Of a DNA stretch of 64,000 nucleotides, positions 52,241-61,516 are shown piece by piece. The notes below the pieces were generated by a model. The model was given only the letters and a program-made list of their open reading frames with translations. It did not search any database and had not been told where the DNA came from. The position numbers and the translations under genes were made by a program. Positions within the stretch are counted from its first letter, which is position 1. Each line of letters begins with the position of its first letter. Source of the DNA: an uncultured Gemmatimonadaceae bacterium (GTDB taxonomy: Bacteria; Gemmatimonadota; Gemmatimonadetes; Gemmatimonadales; Gemmatimonadaceae); assembly GCA_963822945.1 (NCBI GenBank), contig CAWGJO010000020.1:192001-256000 (forward strand), in the 5' to 3' direction.

Positions 52241-53032
52241 ATGGCTCCGCGACCGCAGCGGTCCCTTCGACACGAGTACGAACTGTACGTCGAAGAGGAA
52301 ATCGAGAACTACAAGGAATCGATCCCGCGCTCGGCGTTGCTGAGTATCGGTGACGAGGCGGTGTCGCGTCTGGGTGCGGGCGACCAGATCCTGCTCACCG
52401 AACTGCTGCTCTGCGACGAGGTGAACCGGATCATCTTCAAGCGGCTGCGCCTGCCGGGCTACGACACGTGGCGCCGCAAGCGGATCAAGCTCGCCAAGGA
52501 GTTGCGCCGTCCGGATCACTGGGGGCTGACCGCCGACCACGTGGCGGTGCGCGCGATGTCGCAGACGGCCGAGGGCCGGGTGCTGGTGGCCGGCGACGCC
52601 GAGGAAGGCTCTGCGCTCTTCCTGGCCGCGAACGGATGTCAGGTCACCTCGGTGCATCGCGAGCCCCACAGCCTGGAGCGCGTGCGCCGGGCCGCCGACG
52701 ACGCCGGACTCGCCGAGCGCGTGCGCGCCGTGGCCGCCGATCTCAACACCTGGGAACCAGACGATGCGCCGCTCACGGCGGTCATCTGCACGCCGGCCGC
52801 GTTTGCGGGGCTGAACATGAAAGCGCGGCGCCGCGTGATCGAGTTGCTCAAGTCGGCCACCGCCGATGGCGGGGTGCACCTGGTGCAGACCATGGCCGCC
52901 ACCACGGGTCGCCGGAAGTCGCCATCGCTCGATGAGCTACGCACGCGCTATCGAGGGTGGGCGATTACGGTGGACGAGGACCCGGCAGGCGGCGGACTGA
53001 ACACGCTGATGGCACGAAAGGAGATCGCCTGA
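52241..53032 (+). CDS. Hypothetical protein: acidic helical N-domain plus degenerate class I methyltransferase fold
   Basis: GRVLVAGDAEEGSALFLAANGCQVT...ADL..W...ATADGGVHLV parallels TehB-like MTases with a degenerate motif I. Confidence 0.75.
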   Translation: MAPRPQRSLRHEYELYVEEEIENYKESIPRSALLSIGDEAVSRLGAGDQILLTELLLCDEVNRIIFKRLRLPGYDTWRRKRIKLAKELRRPDHWGLTADHVAVRAMSQTAEGRVLVAGDAEEGSALFLAANGCQVTSVHREPHSLERVRRAADDAGLAERVRAVAADLNTWEPDDAPLTAVICTPAAFAGLNMKARRRVIELLKSATADGGVHLVQTMAATTGRRKSPSLDELRTRYRGWAITVDEDPAGGGLNTLMARKEIA

Positions 53033-53285
53033 CCCGTATCAAAGCGACACGGTGTTATCAGTCTTGTATGTGTCATCGAGCGACAGGTTGCTGGAAACAG
53101 CTATAACCGGTGGCTCGTTTGTCGTTTTTGGACAACGACTTACCTACTGACCCGTGTTGGCACCGAGTGTGCTTAGAGGGTGATGTCCGCGCGGCCGCTG
53201 TGGCCGCGCCACCGGGGCGGGCGGCGACCCGTTCTCGTCGCCCCGTCCCGAGTTCCCCGAGTGAGCGGCAGTGGTGAGTCATATA

Positions 53286-53441
53286 ATGAAGGCAGAGCGC
53301 AAGACCCCCAAAGAGACCGAGCCGGTGGGCATCGTGATTTCCCACGAATGGCCAGACGAGAAGCCGACGGTGTTCAGCGCCTACGTTTGGGGCCCGGCGC
53401 CGGACGACCCGGCGGGAAGCGGCAAGCCGGTCGCGGCGTAG
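53286..53441 (+). CDS. Small hypothetical protein (51 aa), below the ORF-track cutoff
   Basis: MKAERKTPKETEPVGIVISHEWPDEKPTVFSAYVWGPAPDDPAGSGKPVAA; most third positions G/C; followed by a terminator. Confidence 0.55.
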   Translation: MKAERKTPKETEPVGIVISHEWPDEKPTVFSAYVWGPAPDDPAGSGKPVAA

Positions 53442-53545
53442 CACGCGACGGCGCATCGATGCGAGGCACCGGCGATGATGATCGCCGGTGTTTTTGCGTT
53501 TGGGGATGCGAGGGCGCGGGCGCTCCGATCGGTGATCCCGAACGC

Positions 53546-53577
53546 GAGAAAGCCGGCGCGATGGCGCCGGCTTTCTC
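53546..53577. terminator. Bidirectional terminator
   Basis: 14-bp stem gagaaagccggcgc-gatg-gcgccggctttctc between convergent small ORFs. Confidence 0.8.
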
Positions 53578-53599
53578 AATAACAACGACGAAGAGTGTA

Positions 53600-53788
53600 C
53601 TACTTTCTCTTCTTGCGGGTGGCCTTCTTGGCCGCCTTTTTTGCCGGGCGACGCTTCGTCGCCTTCTTGGCTGTGCGACGCTTGGTCGCCTTCTTGGCCG
53701 GGCGACGCTTCGTCGCCTTCTTGGCGGTCTTGCGGCCCTTCTTCGCCGCTTTCTTGGCGCCCTTACGGGCCTTCTTTGCAGCTGCCAT
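53600..53788 (-). CDS. Histone H1-like / protamine-like basic protein (62 aa)
   Basis: 34 of 62 residues are K/R with no acidic residue; AKKATKRR(P/T) x3 encoded by ~27-bp repeats; GGAG 8 nt before ATG; terminator downstream. Confidence 0.85.
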   Translation of the reverse strand: MAAAKKARKGAKKAAKKGRKTAKKATKRRPAKKATKRRTAKKATKRRPAKKAAKKATRKKRK

Positions 53789-54390
53789 GGTCAAATCTCC
53801 AATATTGGAGGTTGATCTACTCGACCGATCCCCCGGTGGATCAGCGAGTCGGCGACCGAGAGCCGAAGCCTTCGTCCGCCGCTACACCCGCCTCCGCGGA
53901 GACAGGTGAAGCTCGAACCCACCACACGATGTGCTGTGACGGGCCAAATGCCAGAACGTGGACCAGGTGATGCTACCTGAACCCAACGACGACTGACAAA
54001 TAAAAACGCCACGGGCAGGGTTGCTCGCGGCGCAGAAGATCGAACGATACGGCGTGGTGTGCAGGGAGCGCGAAACGTGGTGACGCGTGATACTCAACGA
54101 CAACGAACCGAACGAGGGGACGACGAACGCGCCGACGACATTGGTCGCGGCTTGCGACTGCTGCAGTTGGAGAAACGGTCGTCGCGATGAGTTCACCGAC
54201 TATCCTCGAGTTCGCGTCAATAGTTACTCCGCGCGAATATAGGAACGCGCCAAATCGAACGCAATAGCGAATTTACGGCGCGCACACCGCATCGCGACGG
54301 ACTTTCGCCGCTCGGTTCACCATGCGAGTTTCCATTCGCGCCACGCGTCGTGGCGCGACACACAACACCAATAAGAGAAGCGAGGAACAC

Positions 54391-55416
54391 GTGAGAGCGC
54401 TGGTCAAGGAAACTGCGGCTCCCGGATTCACTCTGAAGGACGTACCCCAGCCGACCATCCGAGACGACGAAGTGCTGATTCGTGTGCGACGCGCCGGTGT
54501 GTGCGGCACCGACGTACACATCTACGACTGGGATGCGTGGGCGCAGGGACGCTGCAAGCCGCCGTTCGTGGTCGGGCATGAATTTGCGGGAGAAGTCGCG
54601 CAGGTCGGCAAGCTGGTGACCGACGTGCATGAGGGCGACCGTGTCACCGCCGAAGGGCATATCGTGGACGGCCGCTGCCTGCTCTGCCGCACGGGAAATT
54701 CCCACGTCTGCCCGCACACCCGGATCATCGGCGTCGACCGCGATGGCTGCTTCGCCGATTACATCGCGATGCCGGCCACCAACGTCTGGCACCTGGACGA
54801 CAACATCTCGTACGACGTGGGCGGCATCCATGATCCCATGGGGAACGCGTTCCACACCGCGCTCACGGCCGACATCCCGGGCGCGACCGTGCTCATCACC
54901 GGCTGCGGCCCGATCGGTCTGTTCGCCGTCGGCATCTGCAAAGCCGCGGGCGCGTCACGCATCATCGCGTCCGACGTCAACGAGACGCGCCTCGAACTCG
55001 CGCGCCGCATGGGCGCACACGACGTCACCCATCCCGACGAGGCGGCGACCGCGGTCTACCAGGCCACCGACGGCCTCGGCGTGGACGTCGTGCTCGAGAT
55101 GTCCGGCGTGCCGTCGGCCATCCACCAGGCCTTCGAACTCGTCCGGGTCGGCGGACGCGTCCAGATGCTCGGTATCCCATCCAAGCCGATCGAGATAAAT
55201 CTCGCCACCGAGGTCATCTTCAAGGGCATCACGATCTATGGTGTGGTGGGCCGCCGGATGTACGAGACCTGGCACCAGGTGACGCGCTTCCTGCGGTCGG
55301 GTATGTTCGATCCGACCCCGGTGATCACCCACCGCTTCCCGCTCGAGCGAGCCGACGAGGCGATCCACGCCATCAAGTCGGGGGCAGCGGGGAAGGTGAT
55401 TTTCGAGATTGCGTGA
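54391..55416 (+). CDS. tdh: L-threonine 3-dehydrogenase
   Basis: GTG start after GAGGAA; CGTDVHIYDWD.WA, GHEFAG, EGHIV, GCGPIGL, GRRMYETW; paired with kbl. Confidence 0.96.
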   Translation: MRALVKETAAPGFTLKDVPQPTIRDDEVLIRVRRAGVCGTDVHIYDWDAWAQGRCKPPFVVGHEFAGEVAQVGKLVTDVHEGDRVTAEGHIVDGRCLLCRTGNSHVCPHTRIIGVDRDGCFADYIAMPATNVWHLDDNISYDVGGIHDPMGNAFHTALTADIPGATVLITGCGPIGLFAVGICKAAGASRIIASDVNETRLELARRMGAHDVTHPDEAATAVYQATDGLGVDVVLEMSGVPSAIHQAFELVRVGGRVQMLGIPSKPIEINLATEVIFKGITIYGVVGRRMYETWHQVTRFLRSGMFDPTPVITHRFPLERADEAIHAIKSGAAGKVIFEIA

Positions 55417-55434
55417 CTTGGAGGCAATTGGATC

Positions 55435-56640
55435 ATGGCCGTGAATCAGAACTTCGTTCGCGAGTTGAACGCCACCCTCGACCAGTTGAAGGCCGAGCGC
55501 GTCTATAAGAAGCTCAACCACCTCGAATCGCCCCAGGCGGCGCGCGTCCATATGGAAGGGCGCGGCGAGGTGATCATCCTCTCGTCCAACAACTACCTCG
55601 GGCTGTGCAACGAGCCCGCCGTGGTGCAGGCCGGCATCCGCGGCCTCGAGACGTTCGGGGCCGGCACGGGAAGCGTCCGCTTCATCTGCGGCACGTTCAC
55701 CGTGCACCGCGACCTCGAGGCGGCCCTCGCCCGGTTCGTCGGATGCGAGGCATCGATGAGCTATGTGAGCGCCTGGAATGCCAACGAGGGACTCACCGCC
55801 ACCATCGTCCAGGAGGGCGACTTCGTGGTGAGCGACGCCCTCAACCACGCCTCGATCATCGACTCCATTCGCCTCGCCAAGGCGATCACCAAGTGCACCA
55901 CCGCCGTCTACAAGCACAACGACCTGGACGACCTCCGCGCCAAGCTCGAGAGCGCGAAGTCGGCGAAGCGCCGCCTGATCTGGACCGATGGCGTGTTCTC
56001 CATGGAAGGGTCGATCGCCAAACTGCCCGAGCTCGTCCAGATGGCGCGGGATTACGATGCCGTCCTCATCGTCGACGACTCGCACGCCACCGGCGTGCTC
56101 GGCAAATCCGGACGCGGCACCGCCGAGCACTTCGGACTGCTCGGAGAGATCGACGTCATCACCTCGACGCTCGGCAAGGCGCTGGGCGGCGCGGCGGGCG
56201 GCTTCACCGCGGGCCCGTTGGCGCTCACCGACTACCTGATCCAGCGCTCCCGTCCCCAACTCTTTTCCAACGCGCTGCCCCCCACCGTGGCGGCCAGCGC
56301 GCTGGCCGCCGTGGAGTTCATCGAGCAGCACCCCGACCGGGTGCAGACGCTGCGCGACAACGCGGCGTACTTCCGCCAACAGATCATCGAGGCCGGGTTC
56401 AAGCCCCTGGCCGGAGAAACGCCCATCGTCCCGATCATCGTTGGCGAGACCGCCGCGGCGATTCAGATGTCCGACATGCTGCTGGACGCGGGTGTGTTCG
56501 TGACCGGATTCGGATTCCCGGTCGTGCCGAAGGGGGAGGCCCGGGTCCGCTGTCAGATCTCGGCTGCCCACACCAGAGCCGACCTCGACGCCGCGATCGA
56601 CGCGTTCAAACGGGTGGGGAAGAAGTTGGGACTGGTATAA
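55435..56640 (+). CDS. kbl: Glycine C-acetyltransferase (2-amino-3-ketobutyrate CoA ligase)
   Basis: SNNYLGL, SVRFICGT, SDALNHASIID, TDGVFSMEG, DDSH, TLGKALGG, RSRP.LFS. Confidence 0.96.
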   Translation: MAVNQNFVRELNATLDQLKAERVYKKLNHLESPQAARVHMEGRGEVIILSSNNYLGLCNEPAVVQAGIRGLETFGAGTGSVRFICGTFTVHRDLEAALARFVGCEASMSYVSAWNANEGLTATIVQEGDFVVSDALNHASIIDSIRLAKAITKCTTAVYKHNDLDDLRAKLESAKSAKRRLIWTDGVFSMEGSIAKLPELVQMARDYDAVLIVDDSHATGVLGKSGRGTAEHFGLLGEIDVITSTLGKALGGAAGGFTAGPLALTDYLIQRSRPQLFSNALPPTVAASALAAVEFIEQHPDRVQTLRDNAAYFRQQIIEAGFKPLAGETPIVPIIVGETAAAIQMSDMLLDAGVFVTGFGFPVVPKGEARVRCQISAAHTRADLDAAIDAFKRVGKKLGLV

Positions 56641-56814
56641 GGGGAGAGGCCAAAGGGGGAAACGACGGGGCCCCGCTCTACCCGTTCACCCCCGCAAACG
56701 GACGGGCCGGGCGGGGGTGGGCGCCGGGGGCCTTGTGACCCCACCCCCCCTGCCCTCGTCCCTCTGTCGGGGCATCAGTGACTGCAGGCCCCAGACTTCA
56801 CCCCGAGGATTCGT

Positions 56815-57480
56815 ATGAAAGCGATCCGTACGCTGGCGGCTGCCCTGGCGGTATTCATGCTCTTGCCGGCCGCCGGAATGGCTCAGACCGCCCGGCCGTT
56901 CCAGAACTCCTGGTTCTGGGGCGTCAAGGCCGGCGGCACGTTCATCTCGGCGCCGAGCAACTCCAATGTGACGTCGGGCATGGCGGGCATCGATTGGCTC
57001 ATCACACGCAAGCGGGGCGGCGTGTACATGTCGCTCGACCAGTCGTTCCTGTCCCAGAATGCGGTGCTGGCCGATGCGGTGAACCCCGGCGAAACACCGA
57101 CCGTCGTGAACCTCAAGGACATGCGCCGGCTCACGGTTGCCATCATGGGGTATCCCGGTGACTGGGTGCGCTTCCATCCCTATGTGGGACTCGGCATGAC
57201 GTACAGCTCCGTCACGCAGGTCGTGCCGCAGACTGCATATGCGTCGACGGACCAGTACACGCTGGCCCAAACGATCATCCAGCAATACAAGTCGGTGTTT
57301 TCGCCGACGTTGCTGCTGGGTGCTCAGATGCAGTACCGCAACGCGGCGGTCTTCGTACAGGCCATGGGCTGGCAGGCCAACCAGAACTTCTTCCTGTCGT
57401 CGAACAGCCGCGGCTACAACGCGTCGCTGGAAGCCGGCGTCCGGTACAACTTCGGCAGCTCGATCCAACCGGATCGCTGA
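56815..57480 (+). CDS. Secreted outer-membrane beta-barrel-like protein
   Basis: Signal peptide AMA-like cleavage (GMA-Q); WFWGVKAG, HPYVGLG and EAGVRYNFG strands. Confidence 0.75.
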   Translation: MKAIRTLAAALAVFMLLPAAGMAQTARPFQNSWFWGVKAGGTFISAPSNSNVTSGMAGIDWLITRKRGGVYMSLDQSFLSQNAVLADAVNPGETPTVVNLKDMRRLTVAIMGYPGDWVRFHPYVGLGMTYSSVTQVVPQTAYASTDQYTLAQTIIQQYKSVFSPTLLLGAQMQYRNAAVFVQAMGWQANQNFFLSSNSRGYNASLEAGVRYNFGSSIQPDR

Positions 57481-57501
57481 GCGGTTCCGATTCTCACGCG
57501 A

Positions 57502-57530
57502 CGGGCGCGGATCCGACGGATCCGCGCCCG
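57502..57530. terminator. Hairpin between convergent genes
   Basis: cgggcgcggatcc-gac-ggatccgcgcccg. Confidence 0.65.
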
Positions 57531-57552
57531 CTCGCCGTTCAGTGACCCGGGG

Positions 57553-58743
57553 TCAGGTCTCCGACGCGGGCCGGTCGAGCACCGTGCGTATGACCCGGAG
57601 CATGTTGCCACCCAGTACCTTGGCCACGTCGGCGGCACGGTAGCCACGGTCGAGCAGCGCCTGCGCGATGTTCGGGAGGTACGTCACGTCGAGCATGCCG
57701 GCGGGAAGCAGTTGGTCGACGCCGTCGAAGTCACTGCCCAGCCCCACGTGGTCCACGCCGGCCACCCGGGCCACGTGATCGATATGGTCGATGAGCAGTG
57801 AGAGCGGAGGACGCGGAATGGCGTGGAGGCGCTCGCGCAACATCCGCGCGTGCTCGGCTTGCACGGTGGCCCGATCGGCGCCGGGCCGGGCCGCCGCCGC
57901 CTCCTCCTCGGCTGCGATCGCCAGCCGCAACCGGTCCGCAACCGCCGCGATGGCGGGATCGAGAAACACGGAGAAGAAGTTGGCGTTGACCACTCCGCCG
58001 GTGCGGGCCACGGCGCGCAGCATGTCGTCCGACAGATTCCGGGGATGGGCTGAGATCGCGCGCGCGCCCGAGTGCGAGGCGATGATCGGGGCCCGGGAAG
58101 TCGCCACCACGTCGTCGAACGTCGCGTCCGATACGTGCGACACGTCCACCATCATGCCGAGCCGGTTCATCTCCCGTACGACGTCCTTGCCGAAGTCGGT
58201 GAGCCCGCCCGTGCGGGTCCCGTGTTCCCCGATCGACGACCCGGCCCAGTCGTTGCCGTTGTTCCAGGTGAGGGTCAGGTAGCGCGCTCCCCGGCGGTAC
58301 AACTCCCGTAGCCGGTCCAGCGAGTTCTCGATGGCGTGCCCGCCCTCGACGCCGATGAAGATGGCCACCGTTCCCTCGCGCTTGGCACGGAGCACATCGT
58401 GCGACGTGGTCGCGAGATGCAACCGTTTCGGATGCCGGCTCACGAACGCGTGGATGGTGTCGAGACACGCCTGGACGCGCGACCACGACTGCTCGGGCCG
58501 GACCTCGGCGTACCGCGCGTGCACGAACGCCGCGAGGAACTGGGCGGTGATCCCCGACTCCACCAGGCGCGGCAGATCGGTCTCGCCGCGGTCGCTGCCG
58601 TATCCCGCGGCATGGCGGACGTCGGCATCGTAGCCGTCCTCGAGGATCCGGTTCGGCAGATCGTTGTGCATGTCGATCACGATCGACCGGCGGTAGAGTT
58701 CGGCCGCCTGCGCCGAGAGCGGGGCCGCGTCGGGGGCGTTCAC
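57553..58743 (-). CDS. Membrane dipeptidase (M19) family
   Basis: IDMHND, GVEGGH, YLTLTW, MNRLGM.VDVSH, IASHS, HPRN, HVGLGSDFDG. Confidence 0.95.
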   Translation of the reverse strand: MNAPDAAPLSAQAAELYRRSIVIDMHNDLPNRILEDGYDADVRHAAGYGSDRGETDLPRLVESGITAQFLAAFVHARYAEVRPEQSWSRVQACLDTIHAFVSRHPKRLHLATTSHDVLRAKREGTVAIFIGVEGGHAIENSLDRLRELYRRGARYLTLTWNNGNDWAGSSIGEHGTRTGGLTDFGKDVVREMNRLGMMVDVSHVSDATFDDVVATSRAPIIASHSGARAISAHPRNLSDDMLRAVARTGGVVNANFFSVFLDPAIAAVADRLRLAIAAEEEAAAARPGADRATVQAEHARMLRERLHAIPRPPLSLLIDHIDHVARVAGVDHVGLGSDFDGVDQLLPAGMLDVTYLPNIAQALLDRGYRAADVAKVLGGNMLRVIRTVLDRPASET

Positions 58744-59396
58744 CGGAGATACGGCTGGCGCGCGAAGCTCGATGGAGTGCGCGATACATAGGGAGAGCCG
58801 GCGACGGCGAACCGCAGGGGCCAGTCGGCGGCCCGGCGGATGCCGATGCGCGGCGTCACGACGACGTCGGCGTCAGACACCGGCGTGCCGGCGCGGATGA
58901 GGAGCGGCGCGCGTTGCAGGGAACGCGTATTGTGTCGGGCGTCGATGCCCAACGCCTCGCAGAGTTTGGCCGGTCCATTGGTGAGGTCGGGATCGCGTCG
59001 CACGGCGCCGCGGCGGCGGCGCATGAGCTCGAGGCCCTCCAGCGGCTCGACGGCCCGGATCAACACCGCGCTGGGCTCGCCGCGGAGGCGCGTGACGGCA
59101 TTCACACACCAGTGCATGCCGTAGATGAAATACACGTACGCAGTGCCGGGCGGTCCGTACAGCGGCGCCGTGCGCGCGGTCAGCCCGGCGGCCGCGTGAC
59201 AGGCCGCGTCGTGCTCGCCGAGATAGGCTTCGGTCTCCACGATGCGGCCGCCCGCCACGCCCTGGGGCGTGCGGCATTCGAGCACCGCCCCCAGCAATTC
59301 GCGCGCGACCGTTTCCGTATCGCGCGCGTAGAACCGAGCCGGGAGAACGGTGCGCCGGCCCGGGCGCCGCGCGTGCTGCGCGGCGCTCGAGGTCAC
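58740..59396 (-). CDS. DNA-3-methyladenine glycosylase (MPG/AAG family)
   Basis: VARELLG, GRIVETEAY.G..D.ACH, AYVYFIYGMH.C.N, AVLIRA.EP, NGPAKLC.ALGI, PRIGI. Confidence 0.95.
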   Translation of the reverse strand: MTSSAAQHARRPGRRTVLPARFYARDTETVARELLGAVLECRTPQGVAGGRIVETEAYLGEHDAACHAAAGLTARTAPLYGPPGTAYVYFIYGMHWCVNAVTRLRGEPSAVLIRAVEPLEGLELMRRRRGAVRRDPDLTNGPAKLCEALGIDARHNTRSLQRAPLLIRAGTPVSDADVVVTPRIGIRRAADWPLRFAVAGSPYVSRTPSSFARQPYLR

Positions 59397-61099
59397 GACT
59401 CGGACTTCGCCGAATCCGCGGGTTTCGCCGTCTTCTTGGTGGCGCGGCGCTTGCGCGGCTTCTTCGCGGCGGCGGGCGCTTCGCCCGCCGCACTCTCGGC
59501 GGTCTTGGTCGTCGTCTTCGCGGTCGCGCGCTTCCGGGCGCGCTTCCGCGGCGCCGGCTTCTCCTCGGCCGCGGGCTCCGCCGGCACCGCGGCAGCGGGA
59601 CTCACCGTCCCCACCACCCCCACCGAGAGCAACTCCGGCGGCGGTGCACCCGGTTTGCCGCCACGTCCCCGTGCTCCGCCTCCGCGCGGCCCCATCCCGA
59701 TCCGCGGGGCCGCCGCGGCCGGCGCTGCCGGAGGCGCCGCTGCCGACGCGGCGGCCGCCAGCTGGTCGGCCACCGGCGGTGCGCTCACGGCGCGCGAGAC
59801 GTCGAAATCGTCGCCATGGCGCCGGAGATCGACGACGTCGGCATCGTGCGCGTCCTGGAGAATGCGCGTGAAGTTGCGCTCGCTCAGGCTCTCGCTGTCG
59901 CGGCCCAACAGCTCGTGGGCGCGCTGGCGAACCGCGCTGGCGGTGACGGACTCGTCGCCCGGGGCGAGCGTCTCGATGGCCCGGCGCACGAGGTCGAAGG
60001 CCTCGCTGCGGGTCAGGCGCTCACCACTGGCGCCGATGCCGCCCGCAGGCTTGGCGGACGGCACGGCCGGCGCTTCGCCCGCCGGCGTACCGGAGGCTTC
60101 GAGTTCGAGCTGGGGCGCTTCGCCGCCACGACCGCCGCGTCCGCGTCCACGCCCGCCGCGGCGTCCGCGACGGCCGGCGCGCTCTTCCGCGCCGGCTTCG
60201 GTCCGCTCGGGCCGCTCGGCCGGCGCCGCCGGGGCGCTCTCGGTCGGTTTGGCCGCCGGTTTGGCGCCGGCCGTCGGCATGCCGACTTCGAGCTGGCCGT
60301 TCTCGAGCTTGGTCAGCGTCACCAGCCCACGGGCGGCGGCGTCCTGCACGAACTTCGAGAACTTGGAGTGGCCCGTGTTCTTCTCATCGAACGTGCTGTC
60401 GATGTCCTGCATCACCTGCTTCAGCCGGTCGGAGCGCATGACGTCGCCGTTCCGCTTCATGCGGCCGATGGCTTCGGTGACGAGTTCCCACGGATCGTAC
60501 TTCCGCGTCGTGTCTTCCTCGCCCGCCTTCATCAGGCCGGCGAGCGCGTTGTAGCTGTAGTACTCGTCGCAGTTCATGACGAGCAGATCGCTCGACGATT
60601 CCCGGATGCCGACGCCGATCACGTACTTGCCGTACTCCTTGAGCTTGATCACCAGGCTCGAGAAGTCGGAGTCGCCGGAGAGGAGAATGAAGGTGCCGAT
60701 CTCGGGCCGCGTGAACACCAGTTCGAGCGCATCGATGGCGAGGCGGATGTCGGTGGCGTTCTTCTTCGACGATCCGTAGGCCGGCGCGAAGATCAGGTCG
60801 ATCGAGGCTTCCGTGAGCGGGACGATGTACTGCGGATACCGGCGCCAGTCGGCGTAGGCGCGTTGGACGGCGACCTTGCCCTTGATGATGTCGGAGCCGA
60901 GCAGGTTCCGCAGTTCGTGCCCGAGGTCGGAACGAATCCCCATCGTGACGTTGTCGAAGTCGATGAGGAGCGCCGCGTTGGGCGCGTGCAGCGGGACGGC
61001 GGTGACTGGATGGGTCTGTGCGACCGCGGCCTGCGGGCCACGGTGGACGAGTGCGCCGTGCGAGCGCGTGGGCTCGCGGCGCTGATTACGAGGGTTCAT
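59393..61099 (-). CDS. NYN (LabA/DUF88 PIN-fold) protein with two LOTUS/OST-HTH-like domains and basic disordered tail
   Basis: ALLIDFDN, RAYADW, KNATDIRLAIDA, LSGDSDF, VIGVG; FDEK..G.SKFSKF LOTUS-like segment; RGG tracts; K/R/A-rich C-terminus. True start may lie downstream of 61099. Confidence 0.9.
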   Translation of the reverse strand: MNPRNQRREPTRSHGALVHRGPQAAVAQTHPVTAVPLHAPNAALLIDFDNVTMGIRSDLGHELRNLLGSDIIKGKVAVQRAYADWRRYPQYIVPLTEASIDLIFAPAYGSSKKNATDIRLAIDALELVFTRPEIGTFILLSGDSDFSSLVIKLKEYGKYVIGVGIRESSSDLLVMNCDEYYSYNALAGLMKAGEEDTTRKYDPWELVTEAIGRMKRNGDVMRSDRLKQVMQDIDSTFDEKNTGHSKFSKFVQDAAARGLVTLTKLENGQLEVGMPTAGAKPAAKPTESAPAAPAERPERTEAGAEERAGRRGRRGGRGRGRGGRGGEAPQLELEASGTPAGEAPAVPSAKPAGGIGASGERLTRSEAFDLVRRAIETLAPGDESVTASAVRQRAHELLGRDSESLSERNFTRILQDAHDADVVDLRRHGDDFDVSRAVSAPPVADQLAAAASAAAPPAAPAAAAPRIGMGPRGGGARGRGGKPGAPPPELLSVGVVGTVSPAAAVPAEPAAEEKPAPRKRARKRATAKTTTKTAESAAGEAPAAAKKPRKRRATKKTAKPADSAKSES

Positions 61100-61516
61100 G
61101 CCCTTCCCTGTGTCGAGTCCGGACGGACTCTTGGCGGTTGTCAGTTCGACCGCCAGGCGCGAGGGGCAGATCGTCCGTGAAAAGGATCGCAGACGATCGT
61201 CACCGAGCAGCGCCCGTCGATCGGCACGCGACCCACATGACGGCCCGCTTCAACAGCGGCGCCGCAGCGGATCTCGCTTCGGAGGACGCGCATCGAGCGG
61301 CGTCCTCCCGGCAAGCGTGCAGTTGCCGTGTTGGCATCCGGTCCGCGAACCGCGCCACCGCTCTGACGGTGGTGTGTGCGGAGGACCGAATGCCAGCCGT
61401 GAAATGTATCGCGTAACCGGATGGGGGGAAAGAGCGTGCGGGTGGTTGGCCGTGCGCCGCCCCTGTATGTTAGGAGCGAAACCGCCGCGACGTGTTCGCG
61501 TACGGAGGGAGGGCAT

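Noticed and set aside
53180..53909. Plus-strand ORFs with hydrophobic repeats (VAFLAGRRF)
   Set aside because: They are the antisense reading of the Lys/Arg repeat gene, which has the RBS and terminator.
56641..56770. G/C-run-rich segment after kbl as a mobile repeat or G-quadruplex element
   Set aside because: Explained by an ordinary GC hairpin (gggcgggggtggg...cccacccccctgccc); no second copy noticed in the window.
61100..61516. Small ORF or RNA in the NYN-kinase divergent gap
   Set aside because: Candidate ORFs lack an RBS and convincing codon bias, and no recognisable RNA motif was seen; most likely promoter DNA.
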